IMG/VR virus record: IMGVR_UViG_3300044825_000904
Span: 40,272-104,271 of that record
Direction: 5' to 3' (one strand)
Origin: a virus
DNA: 64,000 bases
The position numbers and the translations under genes were made by a program. Positions within the stretch are counted from its first letter, which is position 1. Each line of letters starts with the position of its first letter. The notes beneath the pieces are model-generated. The model saw only the letters and a program-made list of their open reading frames with translations. It ran no database searches and was not told the DNA's origin. Below are positions 39,194 to 48,203 of the stretch, in pieces.

Positions 39194-40552
39194 TTACTCA
39201 TTCATAGACCCTAATGTCGTAGGATCAATGTTTAAACTGCTTACAGGCACTTGATTTGAACGGATGTATACTTGTTGCATCGAAGGATCATAAGTAGGCT
39301 CAAAATCCATAAACACACGCTTCTCATCTTGAGAAAGCACACCATCCAACTTATCAATAATGTTAGCAGCATCTAAGAAGTTCTGCTTCATTTCTGGATA
39401 AGCATCTGTATCAAAGCGTAAAACGTATTGAGATGGGTTAATTCCCATTGAAGGAGCTAAAAACTCCAACAATCCTTCGCAAATACGAGATTGCATAGGA
39501 ATAACACAGTTAATAATCATTCTACGAATAAATTCAGCCAAGTTACTCTCTGTTAAGTTATCAGCATTCAATAAAACGTATGGGTAATGCCATAATCTAC
39601 AAAGTTGCTCCGTAGATAACTTACTCATAGCTCTTAAATCCAAGTCAATGTTAGTTGTTGATAACTTTGTGTAACCAACTTTAGCATTAGACCATTGAAC
39701 ACGACCTTTAGAAGCAGAATTGTAGATTTTATCATACATTCTATCTTCAAAAGCACCTTGTTGTTCTGGATCAAGGTCATCTACGTTTAAATCATCCTTA
39801 TAAACAAAACCTACAGCTCCACGAGTCTCAAAGTTTTCAATACCCACTTCTTCTGCAGCATTAGCCTTTTGTAACACACGAGAACCAGCAGTCAATGGAG
39901 AGAATCCACGAGCAATAGTCTTTTGGTCATTAAAGCTAGGGTTAAATGATCTAAACGATAAGAACCATTCTGGTGCTACATCTTGGTTTAAAGATGTAAT
40001 GTTGTAACCAGTTATAACCCTAAAGCCATCAGTGTAGATTTGGTAATCCCAAGGTGCAATAACGTGTAGTCTAGCAATCTTACCAGGTTTCAATGGGTCT
40101 TCTTCTGCCCAAATACCTACATCCTTTAATAAAAGGTCATAAGAGAACAAAGTATCGAAGAATTGCTTCTGAGTTTGATAACCATTAGGTTTTTTAAGCA
40201 AATCAAGGATTGGATTAGCTTCAATCTCTTTTAAAGATGCTTTACGAATCTGACTTGCCTCCACTAAACTTCTTTGAGTAGGTCTTGTATTTAAAGCCTT
40301 GTATTTAGCTAATTGTTTAGTTTGAGTCTTGTTATTAGCCTGGTACATTTCTAAAGGTACTTCAACTGCTCTTGATGCTATATCAGCCACAATTGAATAC
40401 ACATCCACGTTCATCTCATAGCCCTTTTCTATAGCTTCACGATAATCAGTCTTATACATAGAATAAGCCTGGCCACCAATAACTTTCCAAGGAATTGAGT
40501 TTTTAACCATAGTCATGGCTTTTTTGCCACTAAAAAAATCGAATAAGCCCAT
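39194..40552 (-). CDS. Portal protein, HK97 family
   Basis: N..VYS.V..IA, LLKKPN.YQT...F, GFSPL. Confidence 0.92.
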   Translation of the reverse strand: MGLFDFFSGKKAMTMVKNSIPWKVIGGQAYSMYKTDYREAIEKGYEMNVDVYSIVADIASRAVEVPLEMYQANNKTQTKQLAKYKALNTRPTQRSLVEASQIRKASLKEIEANPILDLLKKPNGYQTQKQFFDTLFSYDLLLKDVGIWAEEDPLKPGKIARLHVIAPWDYQIYTDGFRVITGYNITSLNQDVAPEWFLSFRSFNPSFNDQKTIARGFSPLTAGSRVLQKANAAEEVGIENFETRGAVGFVYKDDLNVDDLDPEQQGAFEDRMYDKIYNSASKGRVQWSNAKVGYTKLSTTNIDLDLRAMSKLSTEQLCRLWHYPYVLLNADNLTESNLAEFIRRMIINCVIPMQSRICEGLLEFLAPSMGINPSQYVLRFDTDAYPEMKQNFLDAANIIDKLDGVLSQDEKRVFMDFEPTYDPSMQQVYIRSNQVPVSSLNIDPTTLGSMNE

Positions 40553-40554
40553 TT

Positions 40555-41940
40555 TTAGAATATTAAGAGTTTTTTCTTTGAATACTTGGTATATACCCCA
40601 TATCTAATAGCATCTAAAGCGTGATTGAAGTCATCAATTGGTTTATTAATCGGTTTACCACCCACTGTTATCCATTGATAGTTATCAATCTCCTTTTTGA
40701 TGTTCTTTGATCTCCGAGTATAATATACCTCGTATTCACGCAACTTACTTATTCCAGCATTAACAGAGTCATTTCCTTTAACCGCTTTCACGACCTTAAT
40801 CCCTGCTCTCTTTAATTCCTCAATACTTTTAGGATCAGCACTATCAGCATAAATCTCATTCAATTTATCTGGATACATCTTAATCTTCTTAATTAAATCG
40901 GAATTCGTTAATCCCTTCTCATAAATTACCTCGTCAAGGTATAACTTATTTCCGAGTTTTGCAATTCTAATCAGTGAAGTAGGGTCATTAGAGAATCCAA
41001 AGTCAAGTCCGCTAAAGATAACATCAGCATCCTTAGGAAACAGCTCACAAGGCTGCCAATCGTGATAAATTAAGCTTTCTGAACTCGGTTTAGGTGATTG
41101 TTGATATAAAGATTCGAAAGTAAATGGCTCATTCTTCTTAACTCTTAATAATTTCTCCAAGGAATGCTTCTCAGGCCATAAAGCTTCACCAAACTCCCTT
41201 TCATCATAATCATTCTCGGCTTTCTCTCGAATAGCAGGAAATTCAATGATTGTCCAATCGTTATCCCTTTCAAGTAACCTACCAGCTAAATCATCATCAT
41301 ACCACCGAGTTTGGATAAGAACTTGTGCACTATCGTTATGCAAACGAGTTTCCCACACATCGGTATACCAGTTCCATAATTGCTCTTTAATGATAATACT
41401 TTGAGCTTCTTGTCTATCCTTTAGCGGATCATCAATGATTCCAATATCAACAGCAGTACCTGTAAGTGAGCCTCCACGACCTACAGCCCTTAAATAACCC
41501 CTTCTGCCAACAGTTTGAAAGAATTCAGCAGTCTTAACTGCCTCACCCTTCTTCTCCCCTATCCTACTATCTGGATATAACATCTTAAACTCCTCACTAA
41601 GCATCCTACGCTGTATCTCCGTAGAAAATTGTTCAGCTAATGTAGCATTATAAGAAGCCAAGGCTAATTTCAAATCGGGGTTTCTACCAAGCAAGTAAGC
41701 AGGGAAGCTACGAGTAGATAATTCAGACTTTCCGTGTTGCGGAGGCACAAATATCATCAACTTCTTAATCTTACCTGCATATACCAAGTCCAAGTGATCA
41801 GCAATCACCTTGTGAAACCACCTCATATCATAATCAGGCTTGATATAAGAAACAAAACTACTAAACGACCTCCTCGAAAGTTCCCTCGTCAATATTTCTC
41901 TCTCTAATTTCGCTAAGTCGTTGTCTAATTTGGTCATCAC
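40555..41940 (-). CDS. terL: Terminase large subunit, phage B
   Basis: PPQHGKS, IIDDP.K, GLDFGFSNDP, HALDAIRY. Confidence 0.95.
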   Translation of the reverse strand: MMTKLDNDLAKLEREILTRELSRRSFSSFVSYIKPDYDMRWFHKVIADHLDLVYAGKIKKLMIFVPPQHGKSELSTRSFPAYLLGRNPDLKLALASYNATLAEQFSTEIQRRMLSEEFKMLYPDSRIGEKKGEAVKTAEFFQTVGRRGYLRAVGRGGSLTGTAVDIGIIDDPLKDRQEAQSIIIKEQLWNWYTDVWETRLHNDSAQVLIQTRWYDDDLAGRLLERDNDWTIIEFPAIREKAENDYDEREFGEALWPEKHSLEKLLRVKKNEPFTFESLYQQSPKPSSESLIYHDWQPCELFPKDADVIFSGLDFGFSNDPTSLIRIAKLGNKLYLDEVIYEKGLTNSDLIKKIKMYPDKLNEIYADSADPKSIEELKRAGIKVVKAVKGNDSVNAGISKLREYEVYYTRRSKNIKKEIDNYQWITVGGKPINKPIDDFNHALDAIRYGVYTKYSKKKLLIF

Positions 41941-42358
41941 TTAATAATTTAGGATTAACAGTATCATTATGAATACTCAAGTCTTGCTCAATACGTTGTG
42001 TGCTCTTACCATGCTCAAACTCCAACATAAAAGCAGTATTCTTTAACTCACCATTGTTTATGTCACCCAAGATAGATGAAGCCATTACAGCCATAAACCC
42101 AGGAGTATTACTATCAGCAACTAAACGCTTTAAATCAGCAACACTCAAGCTACTAATGTAAGTCATCACCTTAACCACCTCAGGTTTACTCATCCTTAAA
42201 CGATATTGCTCGTCTAAGTTCTTCATTACCTCCTTAATTACACTCTTTGGCCTACCATAAGGATTCCTAACCTCTCCAGGCTTAATGGAGTATTGTCTAA
42301 TGTTTTCGTAATTACCCCTAGGCTTCGTTTCAACTAAAGGTTGTTCTTCAGCTTCCAT
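41861..42358 (-). CDS. terS: Terminase small subunit
   Basis: KPGE..NP.GRPK motif, overlaps TerL. Confidence 0.75.
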   Translation of the reverse strand: MEAEEQPLVETKPRGNYENIRQYSIKPGEVRNPYGRPKSVIKEVMKNLDEQYRLRMSKPEVVKVMTYISSLSVADLKRLVADSNTPGFMAVMASSILGDINNGELKNTAFMLEFEHGKSTQRIEQDLSIHNDTVNPKLLSDDQIRQRLSEIRERNIDEGTFEEVV

Positions 42359-42503
42359 AATTGTAGTAGTTTATATTAACCCCAAAAAAACTTAGAATTT
42401 TTTTAGGCACTTTTTAAAATCATTTCAATAAACAAAAATCACTTTCACCATTATTATACTTATTATACTAAGAGTATACTTAATATATAATATATATCTT
42501 TTC

Positions 42504-42526
42504 TTATTTATAATCATTCTAAATAA
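42504..42526. promoter_or_regulatory. 23-bp operator-like palindrome 1 (Fur-box-like)
   Basis: TTATTTATAA-TCA-TTCTAAATAA. Confidence 0.7.
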
Positions 42527-42581
42527 TACTTAACTTCTTAATAACCAACACGTTATTGATTAAATTCCGCCCCGATTTACC

Positions 42582-42604
42582 CTATTTAGAACCATTCTTA
42601 ATAG
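42582..42604. promoter_or_regulatory. 23-bp palindrome 2
   Basis: CTATTTAGAA-CCA-TTCTTAATAG. Confidence 0.65.
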
Positions 42605-43160
42605 AAAGATTGTGTAAACATAAACATTAAACTCTCTCTAAACAACCATATTCTCTTTTTATTACAATATTCAAATACCATTTGTAAACAACTATTAACC
42701 AAATTTTGCTAGGATTTTTTTGGAGGGTTACCAGGAAAAACTACCCCCTCCCCCTTTTGCTACCCAGCTTTTTACCCTTGTACCCCTCTTTTACCCCTGT
42801 ATACCCCTATAATAAGGGCCTAACAGGGTATAAACGTAGGAAACAAAGGGTATACCAGTAGAAAGAGGTGACAGGCCGAGGGTAGCCACCCTACAAAATC
42901 CACCTTTTACCCTTGTTTCCTTGCCTTGTTACTGTTCATATATACACAAAGGGAATACAGCCCTATTATAACAGCGTTAATACCTTGCGTTTAAACCCTT
43001 ATTATTATTGAAGGTATACAAACATACTACCACTGGGTAAACACGTTAATACAAGGCAATACAAGGGCCTAAACAAAGCGTTTAATTAATTAGGTTTAAT
43101 GATCTTATATAGTGGCTATCTAAACCACCTGTTTACCTTGCTTAACTAAGTGTTTATACA

Positions 43161-43183
43161 TTATCTGTAATGATTATAAATAA
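43161..43183. promoter_or_regulatory. 23-bp palindrome 3 (degenerate)
   Basis: TTATCTGTAA-TGA-TTATAAATAA. Confidence 0.5.
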
Positions 43184-43299
43184 GGATTAAAGAAAGAAAT
43201 AAAAGAAAAAGAAAGTAAGCAAAGAAAAAGAAATACAAAGAAAGAAAAGAGAGTTACTTTTAAGTATACTATATAATATACTTAATGATATAATATAAG

Positions 43300-43353
43300 A
43301 GTATACTTAAGGGTATACTAAGGAGTATATTATATAGTATACTTAAGGGTATA
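43300..43353. repeat. 18-bp direct repeat AGTATACTTAAGGGTATA x2 in a GTATAC cluster
   Basis: Copies at 43300-43317 and 43336-43353. Confidence 0.8.
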
Positions 43354-43461
43354 ATATTTGTAATTGGTAAAAAAAGGAAAAAATTGAAATAAAAAAGCAT
43401 TTATTAAAATATATTTTTATTCCCTTATTCGGTTAAATAAGCCTATTTATACTGTTATCAG

Positions 43462-43484
43462 TAATTTATAATCATTCTAAATAA
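43462..43484. promoter_or_regulatory. 23-bp palindrome 4
   Basis: TAATTTATAA-TCA-TTCTAAATAA. Confidence 0.7.
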
Positions 43485-43547
43485 GGTGTATATTCTTATT
43501 ATACAGCGTTTAAACCTACATTTTACCCTGTTTTATATCTTATATCC

Positions 43548-43570
43548 TTATTTAGAACCGTTATAAATTA
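43548..43570. promoter_or_regulatory. 23-bp palindrome 5, adjacent to the early promoter
   Basis: TTATTTAGAA-CCG-TTATAAATTA. Confidence 0.65.
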
Positions 43571-43579
43571 GCATTAATA

Positions 43580-43611
43580 TTTGTTTACATTAATTAACTG
43601 CATTAAGTTTG
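43580..43611 (+). promoter_or_regulatory. Early promoter (-33 TTTG, -7 TAAGTTTG)
   Basis: Both Bacteroidota elements, 20-nt spacer. Confidence 0.75.
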
Positions 43612-43634
43612 TCTCAACAAAAACGGTAAACGAT

Positions 43635-43799
43635 ATGAAAAATACAGAAAAAACACAATTGTTTTGGGTAGCAGGTGATCACGTTAAAGGCTTTAAAATT
43701 CACACTAAGCAGCCCCGCCATAAATTTGTAAGAGAGCCTTTTAGCTCTCGCGAAGCTTGCCAAAGATTTATTGCATTGGAATATTTATTAAACGCTTAA
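43635..43799 (+). CDS. First early protein (start MKNTEKTQ)
   Basis: ATG just downstream of the promoter. Confidence 0.6.
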   Translation: MKNTEKTQLFWVAGDHVKGFKIHTKQPRHKFVREPFSSREACQRFIALEYLLNA

Positions 43800-43817
43800 C
43801 TAAACAAAATTACTAAT

Positions 43818-43928
43818 ATGAAAAATTACAAACCTTTTGAAATTGTTTTGATCTATTCTTTTGCGGCTGTTGCCTTTTTTATGGTTATCGCTGCAGCTTC
43901 ACAAATTCTTAACATTTTAAACTTTTAA
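43818..43928 (+). CDS. Unlisted 36-aa membrane peptide
   Basis: MKNYKPFEIVLIYSFAAVAFFMVIAAASQILNILNF. Confidence 0.55.
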   Translation: MKNYKPFEIVLIYSFAAVAFFMVIAAASQILNILNF

Positions 43929-43932
43929 TCTT

Positions 43933-44058
43933 ATGAAATTCTTATCAAACTTATTAACGGCCCTTTCAGGTGAACCAATGGAGGCCCAAACAAACGAAAT
44001 GCTTTTCGCTTCGCTTACTGTATTTATTACTTTATTAATCCTTTCTATAAACTTTTAA
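43933..44058 (+). CDS. Unlisted 41-aa membrane peptide
   Basis: MKFLSNLLTALSGEPMEAQTNEMLFASLTVFITLLILSINF. Confidence 0.55.
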   Translation: MKFLSNLLTALSGEPMEAQTNEMLFASLTVFITLLILSINF

Positions 44059-44069
44059 AATTTACAGCT

Positions 44070-44513
44070 ATGAACAATTTCAATAAATACGGATACATTG
44101 AGGACTTACAAGACCTTTTATTACAGGCTATTTTAGACAATGATTTAGATAGAGCCGATTATATTGGTGATCATATTGCAGCGGACCTAGACAATCAAGT
44201 AATATATTATCAAGATTGCTTTGAGATTGCTGAAGCCTTAAGCCTTACAAGTTTTACAGGCTATGAACTGGGAGACGCTACCAATATTTCACAATTAGCC
44301 TATTTCGGTTTATACGAGTTTATTAATGAGGAACTAGACTATAATTTTATAGAAAACGCAATAAATGCAAAGGAGGATTTTGATATCTGGGCCGCTTCTG
44401 ATAATTGCATAAACATACCAGGGGGATTGACTCAAACCCAGTGCACCCAATACGGCAAAAATTTCACCTTTTTAGAATTATTTAAATATTACTTACAAGA
44501 ATACGCAAATTAA
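44070..44513 (+). CDS. Ocr-like acidic DNA-mimic anti-restriction protein
   Basis: Very acidic; DHIAADLDNQVIYYQDCFEI resembles T7 Ocr [21 protein letters not shown]; early position. Confidence 0.65.
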   Translation: MNNFNKYGYIEDLQDLLLQAILDNDLDRADYIGDHIAADLDNQVIYYQDCFEIAEALSLTSFTGYELGDATNISQLAYFGLYEFINEELDYNFIENAINAKEDFDIWAASDNCINIPGGLTQTQCTQYGKNFTFLELFKYYLQEYAN

Positions 44514-44558
44514 CATTTTAACAAACCTTTATTTTATCACACTTAACACACAAAAAAA

Positions 44559-45122
44559 ATGAAAGCATTAAACCTTATTTGCAGCAAAAACGAGCCATTT
44601 CGTCCACAAATGGAATACATTAGACTATTAAACGGTAATTTTTACGCTACGGACGCTATTATCTTAATTAAAGTACCTTTTTACGAGGTGATCCCGAGGC
44701 CATTATTTGACGAACTTACGGCCCATTTTGGCGACGAAATGTATTTCAGTGCTCAAAATTGGAAAGATGCAAAAGTAGAAAAGGGCTGTATTTTTAAATT
44801 TAAGCCTGAATGTGATTTAATTGAAATTTTCGACAATAAAAAAAGCCTGGGATTTTTACAGGTTCATAAATCTAGCGATTTTGAGAAATTATACAGCCGT
44901 TTTCCTAATTGTGACCAGGTCCTACACACAAGCGAAGCACAAACAGAAAGTTTAGAAAGTGTTTCTATTAATCCTGATAAATTAGGGGCTTTATATAGTG
45001 CCATGGGCAAAAAAGATATTAAACTAACTTTTTACGGCCCAGGTAAGGCTATAAAGGCTAATTTTAGAGAAAGCGAAGCCCAGGCCGTAATTATGCCCAT
45101 TACATTAAATAATTTCGAATAA
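44559..45122 (+). CDS. Truncated beta sliding-clamp-like protein
   Basis: RP.M..I...YATD..IL, RFPN.DQV, IN...L, terminal AVIMPI; 187 aa. Confidence 0.7.
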   Translation: MKALNLICSKNEPFRPQMEYIRLLNGNFYATDAIILIKVPFYEVIPRPLFDELTAHFGDEMYFSAQNWKDAKVEKGCIFKFKPECDLIEIFDNKKSLGFLQVHKSSDFEKLYSRFPNCDQVLHTSEAQTESLESVSINPDKLGALYSAMGKKDIKLTFYGPGKAIKANFRESEAQAVIMPITLNNFE

Positions 45123-45350
45123 ATGCAGCGTTTCACAGTAAGGCCCAGCGATCAAATTATAGTAATTTGTCGCTACAGGGGGGAGATTATAGACAAAAAC
45201 CGTTATTTTGGCTATAAATCCATAACAGAAATAAAAGAAAGCTTTTTAGCTTGCCTACCTGTAGAATTCAAGAATACAGGTAAAAGAATAGAATTAACCT
45301 TTTTTAATGTTAATCGAACAGTTACAAAATACGTAAATACATTTAGTTAA
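45123..45350 (+). CDS. Hypothetical early protein
   Basis: Abuts the previous stop; followed by a terminator. Confidence 0.6.
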   Translation: MQRFTVRPSDQIIVICRYRGEIIDKNRYFGYKSITEIKESFLACLPVEFKNTGKRIELTFFNVNRTVTKYVNTFS

Positions 45351-45354
45351 AATT

Positions 45355-45377
45355 AGGGCCTCTTTGGCCCTTTTTTT
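45355..45377 (+). terminator. Early operon terminator
   Basis: AGGGCC-TCTTT-GGCCCT followed by a T run. Confidence 0.75.
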
Positions 45378-45727
45378 ATAGACTCTATTTTATTGCAGTT
45401 TATTAAGGCCCTTTTAGGGCTTTATTTATTTAGGCCCTGTTTAGGGCTTTTTACGTTTCTGGGGTATTCCTATTACTGCCCAGGTTTAAACCCTGCAGGA
45501 TCAAAGGAAAGAGCCCAGGACAAACCAATTAAACCAGGATAAACCCTGGACCAATTGCAAGGTATTACCAGGGCTTCAATACTTTGAATTTAAGGCCCTA
45601 AAATACACTAGCCTAATAAATTACACGTTAAAAACATTTTAAACGCTTACAAGCAAAATAAACCCTGTTAGGGGGCAAAATTTAGATTAATATGAGAGAA
45701 TACAAAACCAGTACAGGACCAAAATCA

Positions 45728-45750
45728 CTATTTAGAATGTTTCTAAATAA
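45728..45750. promoter_or_regulatory. 23-bp palindrome 6
   Basis: CTATTTAGAA-TGT-TTCTAAATAA. Confidence 0.75.
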
Positions 45751-45965
45751 GCAAAAAATGACAAGTCATAATTCTCAGGGAATTGGGGAAAAAGTGGGCG
45801 AACTCCCGAGAGCAAAAAAAGCTGATAGTCCTGGCCGAAATTTGGAGCAAATCGGTTTTTCCCTGGTGATTTTTGTGATCGCCTTGGTGGGAACTTTCAT
45901 TTTTGTTTGGTATACAGCTCTTAAACGCAATCTTTGAAAATCTTTTTAAAAATAACGAATAAATG

Positions 45966-45998
45966 TTTGCAACTATGAATAATAAATGTTTACATTTG
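45966..45998 (+). promoter_or_regulatory. Promoter (-33 TTTG, -7 TACATTTG)
   Basis: Both elements, 21-nt spacer. Confidence 0.7.
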
Positions 45999-46019
45999 TC
46001 AAATCAAAATGACAACAAA

Positions 46020-46205
46020 ATGCCAAGAATAAAAACAGTAGAAAATAAGAGAAAAGCTGGGAGACCAAAACTAGCTCCTTCGACCACAGTTTCCTTCAGA
46101 ATTCCGATTCATTTAAAGAATCAAGTTGAGAATAGATATGGGAAACATTGGCCACAAATTTTCAAAGACTTTATAGCCGTTTTATTGGCTGAAGATAAGG
46201 GTTAA
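46020..46205 (+). CDS. Ribbon-helix-helix-like DNA-binding protein (start MPRIKT)
   Basis: AGRPK then TTVSFRIP..LK strand-helix pattern. Confidence 0.6.
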   Translation: MPRIKTVENKRKAGRPKLAPSTTVSFRIPIHLKNQVENRYGKHWPQIFKDFIAVLLAEDKG

Positions 46206-46301
46206 AAACAGTGATTAATAAAGGTGTAGTGCAGTAAAATTTGAAAATTTTTTTTTCCTATTTTCTAAATTTATCACTTTTTGGAAATTTTATTTTTGGG
46301 T

Positions 46302-46646
46302 ATGAAACAAATAATCTATGGCCAAGTGCCAAGTAAGTCTAATGGTTACAGAATGTCTGGACACTTTATGTACAAGAAGAAAGCTGTAATTGATTACGAA
46401 GAATCGTTTTACTTGCAATGTGTGCAATACCGAGACTTAGAGCACAAAGGATTTTTTGAGTTATACCTAGATGTGTACTTCCAAAGCAATAGAAGCGATA
46501 TAGATGGTAGTTTAAAGATTATCCTAGATACACTTCAAAAGAAGGTAAAAGCCTTTAAGAATGACAACAAATGCGTTTTACTCCACGTTAGAAAAGGAGT
46601 TGATAAAATTACCCCAAGAATAGAATTTGAATTGAAGTTTTTATAA
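46302..46646 (+). CDS. rusA: RusA-like Holliday junction resolvase (start MKQIIYG)
   Basis: PSKSN, DIDG.LK..LD.L, NDN, PRIE; TATTTTTG 3 nt upstream of the ATG. Confidence 0.85.
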   Translation: MKQIIYGQVPSKSNGYRMSGHFMYKKKAVIDYEESFYLQCVQYRDLEHKGFFELYLDVYFQSNRSDIDGSLKIILDTLQKKVKAFKNDNKCVLLHVRKGVDKITPRIEFELKFL

Positions 46647-46777
46647 TATTAAAGAATTTACTTGTTTAAATATACGACTGTAAATATTGGCATTGAGGTT
46701 CTTAGTCGTATAACCCTCGGTACACGGTTTGCCACTGCAAGGCCACAAGTAATGACAGCTGGAAAGACAGCATATTT

Positions 46778-46851
46778 GGACTTATAGCTCAGATGGTTAG
46801 AGCAGGTCGCTCATAACGACAAGGTCACAGGTTCGACTCCTGTTTGGTCCA
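46778..46851 (+). tRNA. tRNA with CAT anticodon (Ile2-like, alternatively Met)
   Basis: TAGCTCAGATGGTTAGAGC D arm, GTCG-CTCATAA-CGAC, ACAGG-TTCGACT-CCTGT T arm; CCA not encoded. Confidence 0.9.
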
Positions 46852-46874
46852 CTAACAATTAATTTTTAACAACT

Positions 46875-47261
46875 ATGATGACAAAAGAGCAATCACACAA
46901 TTACCTAACTTATTATGCCCTATGCAACTTCATGACCGACTTCGTTGATGAGAAATGGGTACACAGTTCCTACAATGTTAGGAAGGTTAAGCTATTAACA
47001 AACCAGTTAAAGCAAGAATTAGAAAAATCAGTTGATCACGTTTTTACCAATAAAAATACCGATGGTGTTGATATGGGTAATGTATTGGAGCAATTTGTAA
47101 ATGCTGCTAATGTTATGCACTTCTTCTTTAAAATTGGTTTATTCCTAGATGAAATGCCATACGATAAGAAGCATGAGCTTAATAAGCGAATCAATGATTT
47201 ATTATTAGAGTATAACATAATTTTAACAACAGATATTAATACAAATGGACTCAATAGTTAG
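46875..47261 (+). CDS. Hypothetical protein
   Basis: 128-aa ORF in operon. Confidence 0.65.
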   Translation: MMTKEQSHNYLTYYALCNFMTDFVDEKWVHSSYNVRKVKLLTNQLKQELEKSVDHVFTNKNTDGVDMGNVLEQFVNAANVMHFFFKIGLFLDEMPYDKKHELNKRINDLLLEYNIILTTDINTNGLNS

Positions 47262-47604
47262 TGAAATTATTCAGCAATATCAGATTAGAGCTGAATTTGG
47301 TGAGAAAAAATATGGTGTTACTCTTGATAGAGAGGATTTATCCATAGAAGATTGGATAGAACACGCTAAACAAGAAGCAATGGACTTTACATTGTACCTA
47401 GAAAAGTTGAAGAAAGTGCTTGCTTCTGGTAATTATCCAGAATTAGGTAATATCGAAGCATCACATGAGACTAAAAATAGAATTATCTATAATCTTAACA
47501 GGGTTATAATGTCTCAAGAAGATGAAATTAAAGGCTTAAAAGCCGAAATTGACGAATTAAAAAAGGAATTACACAACAAAACTAAACGTGCTTGGCATCA
47601 TTAA
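47245..47604 (+). CDS. Helical phage protein, possible MazG-like NTP pyrophosphatase
   Basis: G.KKYG.TL.R.DL....W..HA.QE.MD...Y. Confidence 0.5.
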   Translation: MDSIVSEIIQQYQIRAEFGEKKYGVTLDREDLSIEDWIEHAKQEAMDFTLYLEKLKKVLASGNYPELGNIEASHETKNRIIYNLNRVIMSQEDEIKGLKAEIDELKKELHNKTKRAWHH

Positions 47605-47605
47605 T

Positions 47606-48037
47606 ATGGAAACAGTATTTAAAAAAGGTGATAGAGTATATGATGCCATGTTAGGTTGGGGAGAAATTATTGATTTTAATTATTTAAAGCGTTATTTTAA
47701 TGTTTTATTTGACACAGGAACAAGTATTTATTATTGTGAAGATGGAGCATTATACGATTATGAAAATAGAAATCAATTTAAACCTACCTTATCCTTCACC
47801 GAATACACACTTGAAGGATTTAGTCAAGAATGGCCAGAAGAATTACCTAATATAGGTGATGTAGTTTGGGTAAGAGATCACGATAAAGATTTTTGGATTG
47901 TATCCCATTTTATAAAAAAAGTAGATAATAAATATATAGTTTCTAATAACAATCCATTTACATATAGCTATACAGAATATGATGAATGGAATTTTATGAC
48001 AACAAAAAACCCTTATACAAATGAAGGCAGCATTTAG
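47606..48037 (+). CDS. Hypothetical protein (start METVFKKG)
   Basis: Two GD.V-type beta modules. Confidence 0.6.
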   Translation: METVFKKGDRVYDAMLGWGEIIDFNYLKRYFNVLFDTGTSIYYCEDGALYDYENRNQFKPTLSFTEYTLEGFSQEWPEELPNIGDVVWVRDHDKDFWIVSHFIKKVDNKYIVSNNNPFTYSYTEYDEWNFMTTKNPYTNEGSI

Positions 48038-48203
48038 ACAGTATTTAGAAGATTTAGAAGGTGGTAAAGTGCGATCAGAGGATTATTACCTTGAGTTAGA
48101 AGAAGAAATTATTAATATCGCTTACGATGCTGGTTTTAGGGATGGAATAAGCCCTGCAGAAGAATTTAATAACGATTACTTTAACTCAAATTATTTAGAG
48201 TAA
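48021..48203 (+). CDS. Small acidic protein
   Basis: Overlap-coupled ORF with I..AY.AG motif. Confidence 0.6.
   Translation: MKAAFRQYLEDLEGGKVRSEDYYLELEEEIINIAYDAGFRDGISPAEEFNNDYFNSNYLE

Noticed and set aside
42504-43570. CRISPR array made of the 23-bp palindromes
   Set aside because: Spacing is irregular (tens to thousands of bp), copies are degenerate and there are no cas genes.
45692-45937. 81-aa ORF
   Set aside because: Lies after the terminators with no evident promoter and contains palindrome 6; a hydrophobic end keeps it possible but unsupported.
48041-48060. Additional Fur-like sites (also ~46260, ~59243)
   Set aside because: Half-sites only; expected by chance in AT-rich DNA.
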